A stretch of 60,057 bases of DNA, the filler included. It is 6 parts of 6 records of this genome, joined end to end, with 100 filler letters (N's around TTAATTAATTAA, not from the genome) between each part and the next. Parts side by side here need not be neighbours in the genome. Positions count along the whole stretch, not along the records: positions 1 to 7,686 come from SRR31147125_12635; positions 7,787 to 19,558 come from SRR31147125_12657; 4 more parts are not named here. The stretch is one strand, 5' to 3'. The notes under the pieces were generated by a model. It was not told where the DNA came from. It did not search any database and saw nothing but the letters and a program-made list of their open reading frames with translations. Of this stretch, positions 1 through 9,119 are shown piece after piece. The first letter of the stretch is position 1; every line of letters starts with the position of its first letter. The translations under genes and the position numbers were made by a program.

Positions 1-169
1 CGGTGAATATCTGTCCAGGTACTTAGTAACGGCCATGTCAGACCCGACTGACGCAAAAAAAGATGAAAATCCGGGAATCTGCAATGGCGAATTTTTCATA
101 AGAACACGCCATCAGCAGGCGACCCACAACGACGCGTGAATGCGCTTGATGGAATCGTATCAAGGTCAT
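1..169 (-). CDS. Possible 5' part of a hypothetical protein, running off the window edge
   Basis: On the minus strand a GGAGG RBS lies about 9 nt before ATG at 169. The frame is open to the window edge (MTLIRFHQAHSRV...) and is divergent from queD. Confidence 0.35.
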
Positions 170-266
170 TTAAATAAACCTCCATATTTGCCGGCGCATC
201 ACAAAGATGCATGAAAGTGCTTTTATTACAGCATTTTATGGAGACTTTCCAATAAAGGATACCCCC

Positions 267-641
267 ATGTTCGAATTAAAGATAAAAACAGATTTTTCTG
301 CTGCCCACCAGCTGACAATGGTGGGGCAAAAATGTGAAAATCTTCATGGTCATAACTGGATTGTAGAGGTTTATGTTAAAGGTGAAGAGCTGAATGATGC
401 CGGAGTGCTGGTGGATTTCGGGGAGATCAAGAAGGCCGTCAGAAAAATCATGGCAGAGCTGGATCACAAATTTCTCAATGAACTGGAGACGTTTAAATCG
501 ATGCAACCCTCTTCCGAGCACATTGCGATCTACATTGCAAAGCAGCTTCAGACCGATTTGGAAAAACTTCCGGAAGATGTGTCCGTCTCCAGAGTATCGG
601 CTTGGGAATCTGCGGATGCCTGCGCCACTTACATTCCGTAA
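267..641 (+). CDS. queD: 6-carboxytetrahydropterin synthase (QueD / 6-PTPS family)
   Basis: Motifs FSAAHQL, CENLHGHNW, DHKFLNE, PSSEHIA and WES. ATG at 267 follows AAAGGA. Confidence 0.93.
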   Translation: MFELKIKTDFSAAHQLTMVGQKCENLHGHNWIVEVYVKGEELNDAGVLVDFGEIKKAVRKIMAELDHKFLNELETFKSMQPSSEHIAIYIAKQLQTDLEKLPEDVSVSRVSAWESADACATYIP

Positions 642-712
642 AGAAGCGATGGAAAAACAACTCTATATTAATCCAAACTAACCTATTGTAATTACATCAA
701 AACAAAACAAGC

Positions 713-851
713 GTTCAAAATTTTGAACTACCTCGCCAAATGAGTTCAAAATTTTGAACATCTTGAAACCACAATGAATTACACCTTTATTTTCAAATAG
801 TTAAAACATTCATTTTCCACATAGACCAACCCACTGTTCAAAATCTTGAAC
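713..851. promoter_or_regulatory. Three copies of the 16-bp palindrome GTTCAAAATTTTGAAC, putative enhancer-binding-protein sites
   Basis: Perfect copies at 713-728 and 744-759 (31 bp apart) and a one-mismatch copy at 836-851. An IHF-like TTTCAAATAGTTA lies at 791-803. Confidence 0.75.
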
Positions 852-1058
852 TTTTCCACCTATATTCGAAATATAATCCCTATTTTTTATTTAATCTCTA
901 GAGTCAATTCCAATGATACTTTGATTTTTTCTTTAAAACTCCGAAAAATCAAGTTTATTATAATCACCTATATTTATTATATTTATTACAAATAACATCA
1001 CCCTAAAACAAATAAGCCAAGTATAAAAAAACAATATTTTTTAACACCTAAATCCAAA

Positions 1059-1074
1059 TGGCACGCCCATTGCA
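1059..1074 (+). promoter_or_regulatory. Sigma54 (-24/-12) promoter
   Basis: TGGCACGCCCATTGCA has exact GG-N10-GC spacing and matches the TGGCACG-N4-TTGC consensus. Confidence 0.88.
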
Positions 1075-1084
1075 ATTTAAGATT

Positions 1085-1175
1085 TGGCAACTAACAAAAA
1101 ACAAGTTAGTTTCATCTTTTCCTCCTTTTAAAAAGGCTGCTCAGATTTAATCTGCGCAGCCTTTTTAAATTTTTT
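1085..1175 (+). ncRNA. Candidate sigma54-dependent small RNA (about 90 nt) with an anti-SD CCUCCU seed
   Basis: It starts about 12 nt after the -12 GC. It has a 5' hairpin AACTAAC/GTTAGTT, a single-stranded TTCATCTTTTCCTCCT, and then a terminator. No ORF lies downstream on the + strand. Confidence 0.65.
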
Positions 1176-1176
1176 C
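1127..1176. terminator. Bidirectional intrinsic terminator
   Basis: TTTAAAAAGGCTGC-T-CAGAT(tta)ATCTG-C-GCAGCCTTTTTAAA, with A and T tracts on both sides. Confidence 0.85.
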
Positions 1177-1214
1177 CTCCCCCCAACCCAACATTCCCGA
1201 CCCGAATTTATGGG

Positions 1215-1481
1215 TCATGAACGATCTGCTTTTTGCCTCTGTTTGGCCTTTTCCATCAAATCCAGCAACGTCACCATCTTAGGCGCCGGCTTACTGAATA
1301 TCCGAATTTGGTCTTGGGCAGAGTAAAACGCATCCATATAGTCCTGAATCGCAATCTTATCGAACCAGCAATCCAATGTCTTGAAGCAGGGTTCTCCATT
1401 TTGCGCCTTTCGGCAATAAGAAAACGGCACCTCATGGCCGAGCATTCGGCAATATCCGGAATGTGCATCAAATCGCTTCAT
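1215..1481 (-). CDS. Small Cys-containing hypothetical protein
   Basis: ORF downstream of trpB2 with ATG after GGGAGAAAG. Motif CRMLGHEVPFSYCR...PC.....CW (4 Cys plus His). Confidence 0.7.
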   Translation of the reverse strand: MKRFDAHSGYCRMLGHEVPFSYCRKAQNGEPCFKTLDCWFDKIAIQDYMDAFYSAQDQIRIFSKPAPKMVTLLDLMEKAKQRQKADRS

Positions 1482-1534
1482 GTATCTTTCTCCCAACGGG
1501 GACAGATTTATAATCTGTCCCCAAATCACGCGAA

Positions 1535-2908
1535 TTACAGCTTTGGAACAGGATTTCCCTTAAGACTTCGCTCCAAGGTCTCATCTAATTCCTGCTGGGA
1601 GAGTTCGGCATTTTGAAGCTCGCCGGCCATATATTTACTGTAGCCGTTGAGATCCATCAATCCATGGCCGCTCAATGTAAATACAATGACCTTCTCTTTC
1701 CCCTCTTCCCGCGCTTCAACGGCCTTTCGAATGGTGGCGGCAACGGCATGACTGGTTTCCGGTGCCACGATCATCCCTTCCGTTTTGGCAAAGGTAAGAG
1801 CCGCTTCATAACACTCCAGCTGTTTCAATGCCATGGGGGTCATCAACCCCTGGGCCACGGCCTGTGAAACCAGCGGGGCCATTCCGTGATATCTGAGGCC
1901 GCCGGCATGGATGGGGGCCGGAATGAAATCATGCCCGAGAGAGTGCATGGGCAGCATGGGGGTCATCTTGGCTACGTCTCCATGATCATAGGCATAGGGA
2001 GCACGGGTCAATGTGGGGCAGGATGCCGGTTCCACCGGAATGATCTCGATATCGGCGCCGTTGATTTTATCCCGGGTGAATGGAAAGGCCAAACCGGCAA
2101 AATTGCTGCCGCCGCCTGCGCATCCGATGACGGTATCGACTTTCTTGATACCGGCTTTCTCAAATTGTTTCTTGGCTTCAAGTCCGATGATGGTCTGGTG
2201 CAGCATCACATGATTCAACACACTGCCCAGTGCATAGCGGGTCTGCCCACTTTCGTCGGTCACTGCGGCTTCCACCGCCTCGCTGATGGCAATGCCCAGA
2301 CTTCCCGGCGTATCCGGTGCCTTTGCAAGGATTTCTCGACCGGCAGCGGTCTCATCGGAGGGACTTGCCACACATTGCCCCCCCCAGGTCTCCATCATGG
2401 TTTTTCTAAACGGCTTTTGATCAAAACTGATCCGAACCATGTACACCTTACACTCCAGTCCCAACAGGGCGCATGCATAGGAAAGGGCACTGCCCCACTG
2501 ACCGGCACCGGTCTCGGTGGTCAGCTTTTTGATCCCAAACTCCTTATTGTACCATGCCTGGGCCACTGCGGTATTGGGTTTATGGCTACCTGCCGGGGAG
2601 AGACTTTCATCCTTGAAAAAGATCTTTGCCGGGGTATTGAGATATTTTTCCAGATAGACTGCCCGTCTCAAGGGAGCCGGTCGCCATCGGTACAAGAGAT
2701 CCAAAACGCCTTCCGGAATATCGATCCACCGCTGCTGACTCACTTCCTGCTCAATCAGATTCATGGGAAATACCGGTGCCAGCATGTCCGGACTAATGGG
2801 ATCTCCATCCGGCCCAAGGGGAGGATTGGCTGTTCCCGGAAGGTCGGCTGCGATGTTGTACCACTGTCTCGGAATTTCGTCTTCATTCAAAAATATCTTC
2901 ACTGCCAT
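1535..2908 (-). CDS. trpB2: TrpB-like PLP enzyme (tryptophan synthase beta, TrpB2 type)
   Basis: N-terminal IPRQWYNI typical of TrpB2, plus GSHKPNTA (PLP lysine), [24 protein letters not shown] and LSGHG. Confidence 0.95.
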   Translation of the reverse strand: MAVKIFLNEDEIPRQWYNIAADLPGTANPPLGPDGDPISPDMLAPVFPMNLIEQEVSQQRWIDIPEGVLDLLYRWRPAPLRRAVYLEKYLNTPAKIFFKDESLSPAGSHKPNTAVAQAWYNKEFGIKKLTTETGAGQWGSALSYACALLGLECKVYMVRISFDQKPFRKTMMETWGGQCVASPSDETAAGREILAKAPDTPGSLGIAISEAVEAAVTDESGQTRYALGSVLNHVMLHQTIIGLEAKKQFEKAGIKKVDTVIGCAGGGSNFAGLAFPFTRDKINGADIEIIPVEPASCPTLTRAPYAYDHGDVAKMTPMLPMHSLGHDFIPAPIHAGGLRYHGMAPLVSQAVAQGLMTPMALKQLECYEAALTFAKTEGMIVAPETSHAVAATIRKAVEAREEGKEKVIVFTLSGHGLMDLNGYSKYMAGELQNAELSQQELDETLERSLKGNPVPKL

Positions 2909-3083
2909 TCTAACTCTATCTCCTTAAGGTTTTATGATTTATTGGAAAACAACAAACCCTATACTTTTTTTGTTTCTTTTGATAGAAGCAAAGTCTCAGT
3001 TTTTATATTTTTTGTCAAGGCGATTTGACTTTTTAAAACAGTATGTTTACCGCATACGAAAGACACACTGGAGAGGAAGGAAA

Positions 3084-4058
3084 ATGAAGAGAACAGTTCG
3101 AGATTTCTTTTTGATTTTGTCTTTTATCACTATGGCTTTTTCCGGAAGTATTCCAACAGCCCAAGCCTATGACCTGCCGTCTGTAAATCTTGGTATGACT
3201 AGTTTTCTGGATGGAGGCCCACCGGCAGGACCGGGATGGTATTTTGAAGAATATCTACAGCTTTATACGTCAAATCAGCTCACAGATCCAAATGGCAATG
3301 CCGCACTGCCCGGTATTGCGGATGAAGATCTATCGGTATGGGTAGCCATGAGTCAGGTGATTTATCAATCGGATCGAGAACTTTTATTGGGTGGAAAATG
3401 GGGCGTCAACTTCATGCTGCCCATCGTAGGCTTGGATATGGAATATGGGATGGATAATTCGGGATTTCCTCAGGACAACGGAACCGGAATCGGGGATTTT
3501 CTGGTCGGGCCCTATCTTCAGTGGGATCCGATCATGGGAAAAAACGGCCCTCGCTTCATGCATCGAATTGAGCTTGCCATGATCTTCCCCACCGGCGACT
3601 ATGATGAAAACAAGGAACTCAATCCGGGAAGTAATTTTTTCTCATTCAATCCATACTGGGCAGCGACGCTTTTCATCACCCCAAAGCTGACGGCATCCAC
3701 TCGTCTGCATTACCTTTGGAATGGAGAAAACGATGATCCCAACCGCGGGTTCGGTTCCGATGCCGAAGATACCCAGGCCGGCCAAGCCTTTCATGCCAAC
3801 TTTACCATGTGTTATGAAATCATTCCCCATCAGCTTCGCATCGGTATCAACGGCTATTATCTCCAACAACTCACCGACACCCAGATGAACGGCGAAGATG
3901 TACCGGACAGAAAAGAGCAGGTGCTGGGCATCGGGCCGGGGCTGGTATACCATTTCTCACAGGATGATCATCTTTTTTTCAACGCCTACTTTGAGTCATC
4001 CGCAGAGAACCGCCCGGAAGGGGAACGCTTCAATCTTCGATGGGTGCATCATTTCTAA
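3084..4058 (+). CDS. SphA / Phenol_MetA_deg family outer-membrane beta-barrel protein
   Basis: Signal peptide, NLGMTSFLDG.PP.GPG.YF, GIGD..VGP.LQW, PTG.YD and a C-terminal Phe. GGAGAGGAAGG RBS before ATG 3084. Confidence 0.85.
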   Translation: MKRTVRDFFLILSFITMAFSGSIPTAQAYDLPSVNLGMTSFLDGGPPAGPGWYFEEYLQLYTSNQLTDPNGNAALPGIADEDLSVWVAMSQVIYQSDRELLLGGKWGVNFMLPIVGLDMEYGMDNSGFPQDNGTGIGDFLVGPYLQWDPIMGKNGPRFMHRIELAMIFPTGDYDENKELNPGSNFFSFNPYWAATLFITPKLTASTRLHYLWNGENDDPNRGFGSDAEDTQAGQAFHANFTMCYEIIPHQLRIGINGYYLQQLTDTQMNGEDVPDRKEQVLGIGPGLVYHFSQDDHLFFNAYFESSAENRPEGERFNLRWVHHF

Positions 4059-4983
4059 GAAGGGCAAACCGCTCTCTGATGCACAGCCCTTTTCGTAATG
4101 CATCAAGTCCGTTATAGGCGCTGAGAGGAAGCAACTCAAACTCCGGAATGAGATGCACCATCTTGTTGCACCAAAACTGCTCAAGTAGAGCGACCTGTCG
4201 ATCCGGATCCCCCTTTGACAAGGCCTGCTTGACAACGCTTAACTCCCCATTGAATTTTTCCCTGACACCCGATTCCATCCGGGCATTTTCAAAATGGCTA
4301 TCGGAATCGGGTACGGGGATCTCCCCGGCGGGCAGCACATCAAACACCCGATTCCGTATTGTCAAATGGGTCAATCGCCCAATTCCTTGCGGGACAATTC
4401 TGTCAAAAAAATTGATGGCTTTAATCGCCCGATCAAAGGAGCTGACACAAAGGCGAATCTCACTGTCTTCATCAGCCACTTGAGCGTCCGCGTGATTATC
4501 TGAATCGTTTTTTTCCCAGTTTCCTTGCAAGCGTCCTTCCGATATTTCCGCCTTTCTTTCCGACGCGCTGAAGACGCCTAATACAATGGGGTGTTTATCT
4601 TCCGGAATGGCATCATAGGATAATCTGAAATGTAAATGGCGACTCTCATTTTGATACAGCCACAACCACCGATTCCAACGCTCATCAAATGCCATGCACT
4701 TTAATTGAGAAAAAATGGAGGTCAGTTGATTTTTGTCACTTCCCGTGAAATGGAGCCTGGCCATCATCATGATCTCACCGGTCATGGTGTGCCAGATCGA
4801 TTCACCGCCATCCAAAGGATTCGGTATCTGTTTTATCGACTCCGCAATCGGTTTAATCTCATCTGCCACACCCACTATCGATCGACGATTCTTGTTTTTA
4901 GCGATCTGAAAGGCATTAGGGCCTTTTCGTGGAAGTTTTTTCTGTTTCTGCTTCTGTTTCTGTTTCCGGTTTTTCTTTACCAC
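4030..4983 (-). CDS. Hypothetical protein with a Lys-rich N-terminus
   Basis: 317-aa ORF with a GAGGTG RBS. It overlaps the SphA gene convergently by 29 nt. Confidence 0.7.
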   Translation of the reverse strand: MVKKNRKQKQKQKQKKLPRKGPNAFQIAKNKNRRSIVGVADEIKPIAESIKQIPNPLDGGESIWHTMTGEIMMMARLHFTGSDKNQLTSIFSQLKCMAFDERWNRWLWLYQNESRHLHFRLSYDAIPEDKHPIVLGVFSASERKAEISEGRLQGNWEKNDSDNHADAQVADEDSEIRLCVSSFDRAIKAINFFDRIVPQGIGRLTHLTIRNRVFDVLPAGEIPVPDSDSHFENARMESGVREKFNGELSVVKQALSKGDPDRQVALLEQFWCNKMVHLIPEFELLPLSAYNGLDALRKGLCIRERFALLRNDAPIED

Positions 4984-5113
4984 CCATTCACCTCAACATC
5001 ATCCCGTTACTGAAACGGGGGGGATTATCTCTGTTATCGGCATCACTTTACAATCGTTTGGGGATGCTTATCATACTTTTTTAAATTAAGACAAGACAGA
5101 ATGGAACAAGCCC

Positions 5114-7686
5114 ATGAAAGACGCCCTCTCCACAACAGATCCCAAGGCCACCGTAACTGCTCTCGATGCAGACCGGTCCAAAGAAATTTCCAAGACAAAC
5201 GCATCAAAGCGAAAAAACGGAAGCGATGTTGACATTGATATCCCCGTAAAATCGGAAATTCCCCCTTTACATTCCCACTCCCAAACAACGGAGCTGAACA
5301 CCATCTTGGTGAAAGGGGCCAGAGAGCACAATCTGAAAGACATCGATGTGGAGCTGCCGAAGAAAAAGCTCATTGTCTTCACCGGTGTCTCCGGATCGGG
5401 AAAATCCAGCCTGGCATTCGACACCATCTTTGCCGAAGGGCAACGCCGGTATGTGGAGTCTTTGTCCGCCTATGCCAGACAGTTCATCGGTCAGATGGTG
5501 AAACCCAAGTATGACACCATCCGGGGACTCTCTCCCACCATCTCCATCGAGCAGAAGGCAGCCGGCAAAAATCCCCGTTCCACGGTGGGCACCATCACGG
5601 AGATATACGATTACCTGCGGGTCCTCTTCGCCCGCGTGGGAGAGCAGTACTGCATCAAATGCGGCAGTCTCGTCGGTCGCGGGGATGCCCAGAGCATGGT
5701 TTCTCAGATTCTCGCTCTGCCGCAATCCTCCAAAATCCTCATCCTGGCCCCGGTGGTGGCAAACCGGAAAGGGGAGCACCGGGATCTCATGGACAATCTG
5801 AAAAAGGAGGGGTTTGCCAGGGTCCGGATCGATGGCGTGGTGCAGAACATTGAAGATGTCCAGGCCCTTGCCAAAAATAAAAAACATCAGATCGAAGTGG
5901 TGGTGGATCGACTGGTGATCAGAAATGAAGATAGCGAGTTTACCCGCCGCCTCACCGATTCGGTGGAGACGGCGCTGAAGGTGGGAAACAGTCAGCTCAT
6001 CGTCCATATTATAGGGCGGGAAGATATCAAGATGAGCGAGGCAAGGTCCTGCTGCGGCATTGCCTATCCAGAACCGGAGCCCACCTTGTTCTCATTCAAT
6101 TCCCCCATCGGAATGTGCCCGGAATGCAACGGGATCGGATCGCTCCTCTCCATGGATCTCGACAAAATTGTGCCGGATCCGGACCTCTCCATCCGGGAGG
6201 GCGCCATCCTTCCCTGGAAAAGCTACTTCTCCCCCAAAAGCAAAGCATTCCCCAATTCATGGACCTTGGGACAACTTCTGGCCATCGAAAAACAGTGGGG
6301 CATCGATTTCGATCTTCCCTGGAAGAAACTTCCAAAGAAGCACAAGGAGATGCTGCTCACCGGCAAAGGGGCCAAGCCCATTACGGTCAACTGGAATTCC
6401 AATAAAATCCGAGGAGAAATCGAACGGGAGCACGAAGGGCTGCTCCATACATTGATGCGGCGCTATCGGAACACCCAATCCGAAAGTCAGAAAAAATACT
6501 ACGCCACTTTCATGAGCGAACAGAGCTGCTCGGCCTGCGGGGGCAAACGACTGAAGCCTGAAGTGCTCCATGTCCGGATCCAAGGCAAGTCCATCATCGA
6601 CATCACGGAGATGAGTATTAAAAAAGCCCATGATTTCATCAACACCCTGGAGCTGACCGGAAACAAAAAACTCATTGCCGAAGAGTTACTTAAAGAGATC
6701 GCCAACCGATTGAGCTTTCTGGTCAATGTGGGATTGGATTATCTCTCATTGGATCGCAAGGGACCCACCCTCTCCGGTGGGGAATCCCAGCGCATTCGAC
6801 TGGCTTCCCAAGTGGGATCGGAGCTGACCGGTGTCCTTTATATATTGGATGAACCCTCCATTGGTCTCCACCAGCGGGATAACGAGAAACTGCTGAAAAC
6901 CTTGTGCCACCTCCGGGATATCGGAAATACCTTGATTGTGGTGGAGCACGATGAAGAGACCATGAACCGGGCGGACTGGATTCTGGACATCGGACCGGGT
7001 GCCGGGCATCTGGGCGGGCAAATCATTGCCCAGGGAACGCCGGAAGAGATCTGCAACAACCCGGCCTCCGTCACCGGAAAGTTCCTGAACGGATCGGAGC
7101 GAATCGAAGTACCGCAAACGCGTAAAACCCCCAAAATGGTCGGTAACAAGTGGCTGACCATCATCGGGGCAACGGCCAACAACCTCAAGTCCGTGGATGT
7201 GCCCGTTCCTCTGGGGCTTCTTGTGGGGATCACCGGCGTTTCCGGTGCCGGGAAATCCACATTGATCAATCAGATTCTCTATCCTGCCCTGGCCAGGCAC
7301 CTTCACAACGCTACCATGGAGGTGGGGGAGCACAAATCCATCAAAGGGATGCGGCATATCAACAAGGTGATCAATATCGATCAAAAACCCATTGGACGGA
7401 CCCCGAGAAGTAACCCGGCTACCTACACCAAGGTGTTCGACCCGATTCGGGATCTTTTTGCCATGCTGCCGGAATCGAGAGCCCGGGGATACAAGAAGGG
7501 GCGCTACTCTTTCAATGTGAAGGGCGGGCGATGCGAGGCGTGTAACGGAGATGGATATCTCAAAGTGGAGATGCATTTTCTGGCCGATGTGTTTGTCCCT
7601 TGTGATGTTTGCAAAGGCAAGCGATTCAATGAATCGACTCTGGAGATCAAATACAAAGATCACTCCATTGCCGATGTGCTGGATCT
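5114..7686 (+). CDS. uvrA: Excinuclease ABC subunit A, 3'-truncated by the contig end
   Basis: GAREHNLK, two Walker A motifs (GVSGSGKSS, GVSGAGKST), LSGGESQRIRLA, LDEPSIGLH and CxxC zinc fingers. Confidence 0.97.
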
Positions 7687-7786
7687 NNNNNNNNNNNNNN
7701 NNNNNNNNNNNNNNNNNNNNNNNNNNNNNNTTAATTAATTAANNNNNNNNNNNNNNNNNNNNNNNNNNNNNNNNNNNNNNNNNNNN
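7687..7786. other. Artificial contig spacer
   Basis: N44-TTAATTAATTAA-N44, giving stops in all six frames. Confidence 0.99.
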
Positions 7787-7957
7787 ACAACAAAGTACCA
7801 GAAAAAGAATAACAAATCCGGGGGAAGAAGTGTAAAGAAAATTTACACTTCCGACCTACCAAGTTGATAAAAATCAACCTCTTTTGGGGTGATCTATTAA
7901 AATTGGTTGACTGTTTTGCCTTTAAAAGGTAAATAGATGCAGACTTGAATTTCTGTT

Positions 7958-8722
7958 TTGTTGGGAAAGTGTATCTTGAAGATAGAGTCAAATGATTTCA
8001 AGGTGATACTTCTTGAGGAAGTTGCATCTACCAATACCTATCTTAGAGACGAAATTGTCATAGGTAAATTGTCCCAGGCTGTTGTATCGGCAACCAGACA
8101 AACGGCTGGCAGAGGCAGGTTTGGCAGAGAATGGAAATCCCCCAAAGGTGGTTTGTATATCTCGTTTTCATGCCCTTTGTCTGAGTATAAACTTAAGCCG
8201 ATTTTCCTGTCTGTAGCAAGCTCAATTGCAGCAGCCAATATAATAAACAGAAACTTTGATGTTAATTGCACAATAAAATGGCCCAACGATTTGATAATTG
8301 GTGGCAAAAAGATTTCGGGAATTCTTAGTGAATATGTTAAAACACCAGAAATCGAACCACATGTAATAATTGGAATCGGAATTAACCTGAATACAAAAAT
8401 TATTCTCGATTCGGCTCTTTATAAAGCAACTTCAATAAGTGAAGAAACCGGCAAACAAATAAAAATTAGTGATTTCAGGAATTTGCTGATAGACGAAGTT
8501 GTTTTACAATGGCAAAAGCTGAAATCCGATGGCATAAAACCTATGATAGAAACATGGTCAAAGCTTTCGGACACTCTTGGAAATCAGATTGAAATTCTAG
8601 GGATTAAAGAATCAATCCAAGGTCAGGCGATCAAAGTAAACGATGATTTTGAATTGATTCTCGATACCGGAAATAAACTGGTGCCAATATCTGAAGGTGA
8701 TTGTAACAAACTGAAACGTTAA
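7958..8722 (+). CDS. birA: Biotin-[acetyl-CoA carboxylase] ligase without an N-terminal HTH
   Basis: STN, QTAGRGRFGREW.SP.GGLY.S, KWPND, KKISGIL.E and GIGINLN. Confidence 0.93.
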   Translation: MLGKCILKIESNDFKVILLEEVASTNTYLRDEIVIGKLSQAVVSATRQTAGRGRFGREWKSPKGGLYISFSCPLSEYKLKPIFLSVASSIAAANIINRNFDVNCTIKWPNDLIIGGKKISGILSEYVKTPEIEPHVIIGIGINLNTKIILDSALYKATSISEETGKQIKISDFRNLLIDEVVLQWQKLKSDGIKPMIETWSKLSDTLGNQIEILGIKESIQGQAIKVNDDFELILDTGNKLVPISEGDCNKLKR

Positions 8723-8738
8723 AAAAACAGGATCAAAA

Positions 8739-9080
8739 TTGGAAAATATCGAACAAGGTTTACTGTTAACGGCAATTGGAATCGGAGTGGTTTTTCTGGT
8801 TCTCGGTATAAATTACGTTCTAATTCGTACAATCAGATTCTTTGCTATGAGAACACCTAAAGAAACTGAAGCTGTGCCTCAAGCAGTGGAAGCAACTACA
8901 CCAGTTGCAGAAATAGAGCAAGAGGAAATAACGGAACCTGCACAAGTTCTTACTTCCAATATGGAACCTGAAAAACCGGTTCAGGAATCAGAGCAGGAAT
9001 ATGAAGATGTTGAAGACCAGAATTTAGTTGCTGCAATTACTGTAGCAATCAGACAATATGAAGCAGATATTTCTATTTAA
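8739..9080 (+). CDS. oadG: OadG-family Na+-translocating decarboxylase gamma/delta subunit
   Basis: N-terminal TM segment GIGVVFLVL, an acidic/Pro linker and C-terminal LVAAITVAI. Confidence 0.8.
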   Translation: MENIEQGLLLTAIGIGVVFLVLGINYVLIRTIRFFAMRTPKETEAVPQAVEATTPVAEIEQEEITEPAQVLTSNMEPEKPVQESEQEYEDVEDQNLVAAITVAIRQYEADISI

Positions 9081-9119
9081 CTTAATTATTTCATATATTT
9101 ATCAGAGGTAGAGATTAAA

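Noticed and set aside
713-851. CRISPR array from repeated palindromes
   Set aside because: The repeats are only 16 bp, the spacing is irregular (15 and 76 nt) and no cas genes are present. Operator sites fit better.
1886-3028. 380-aa ORF antisense to trpB2, and similar long antisense ORFs over uvrA, cheA, tctC and guaB
   Set aside because: These are shadow frames of well-conserved genes, with no motifs or RBS.
7687-7786. TTAATTAATTAA motif repeated five times within N runs
   Set aside because: It is an artificial six-frame-stop linker. ORFs crossing it (for example 7731..7991 and the X-containing tails) are artefacts.
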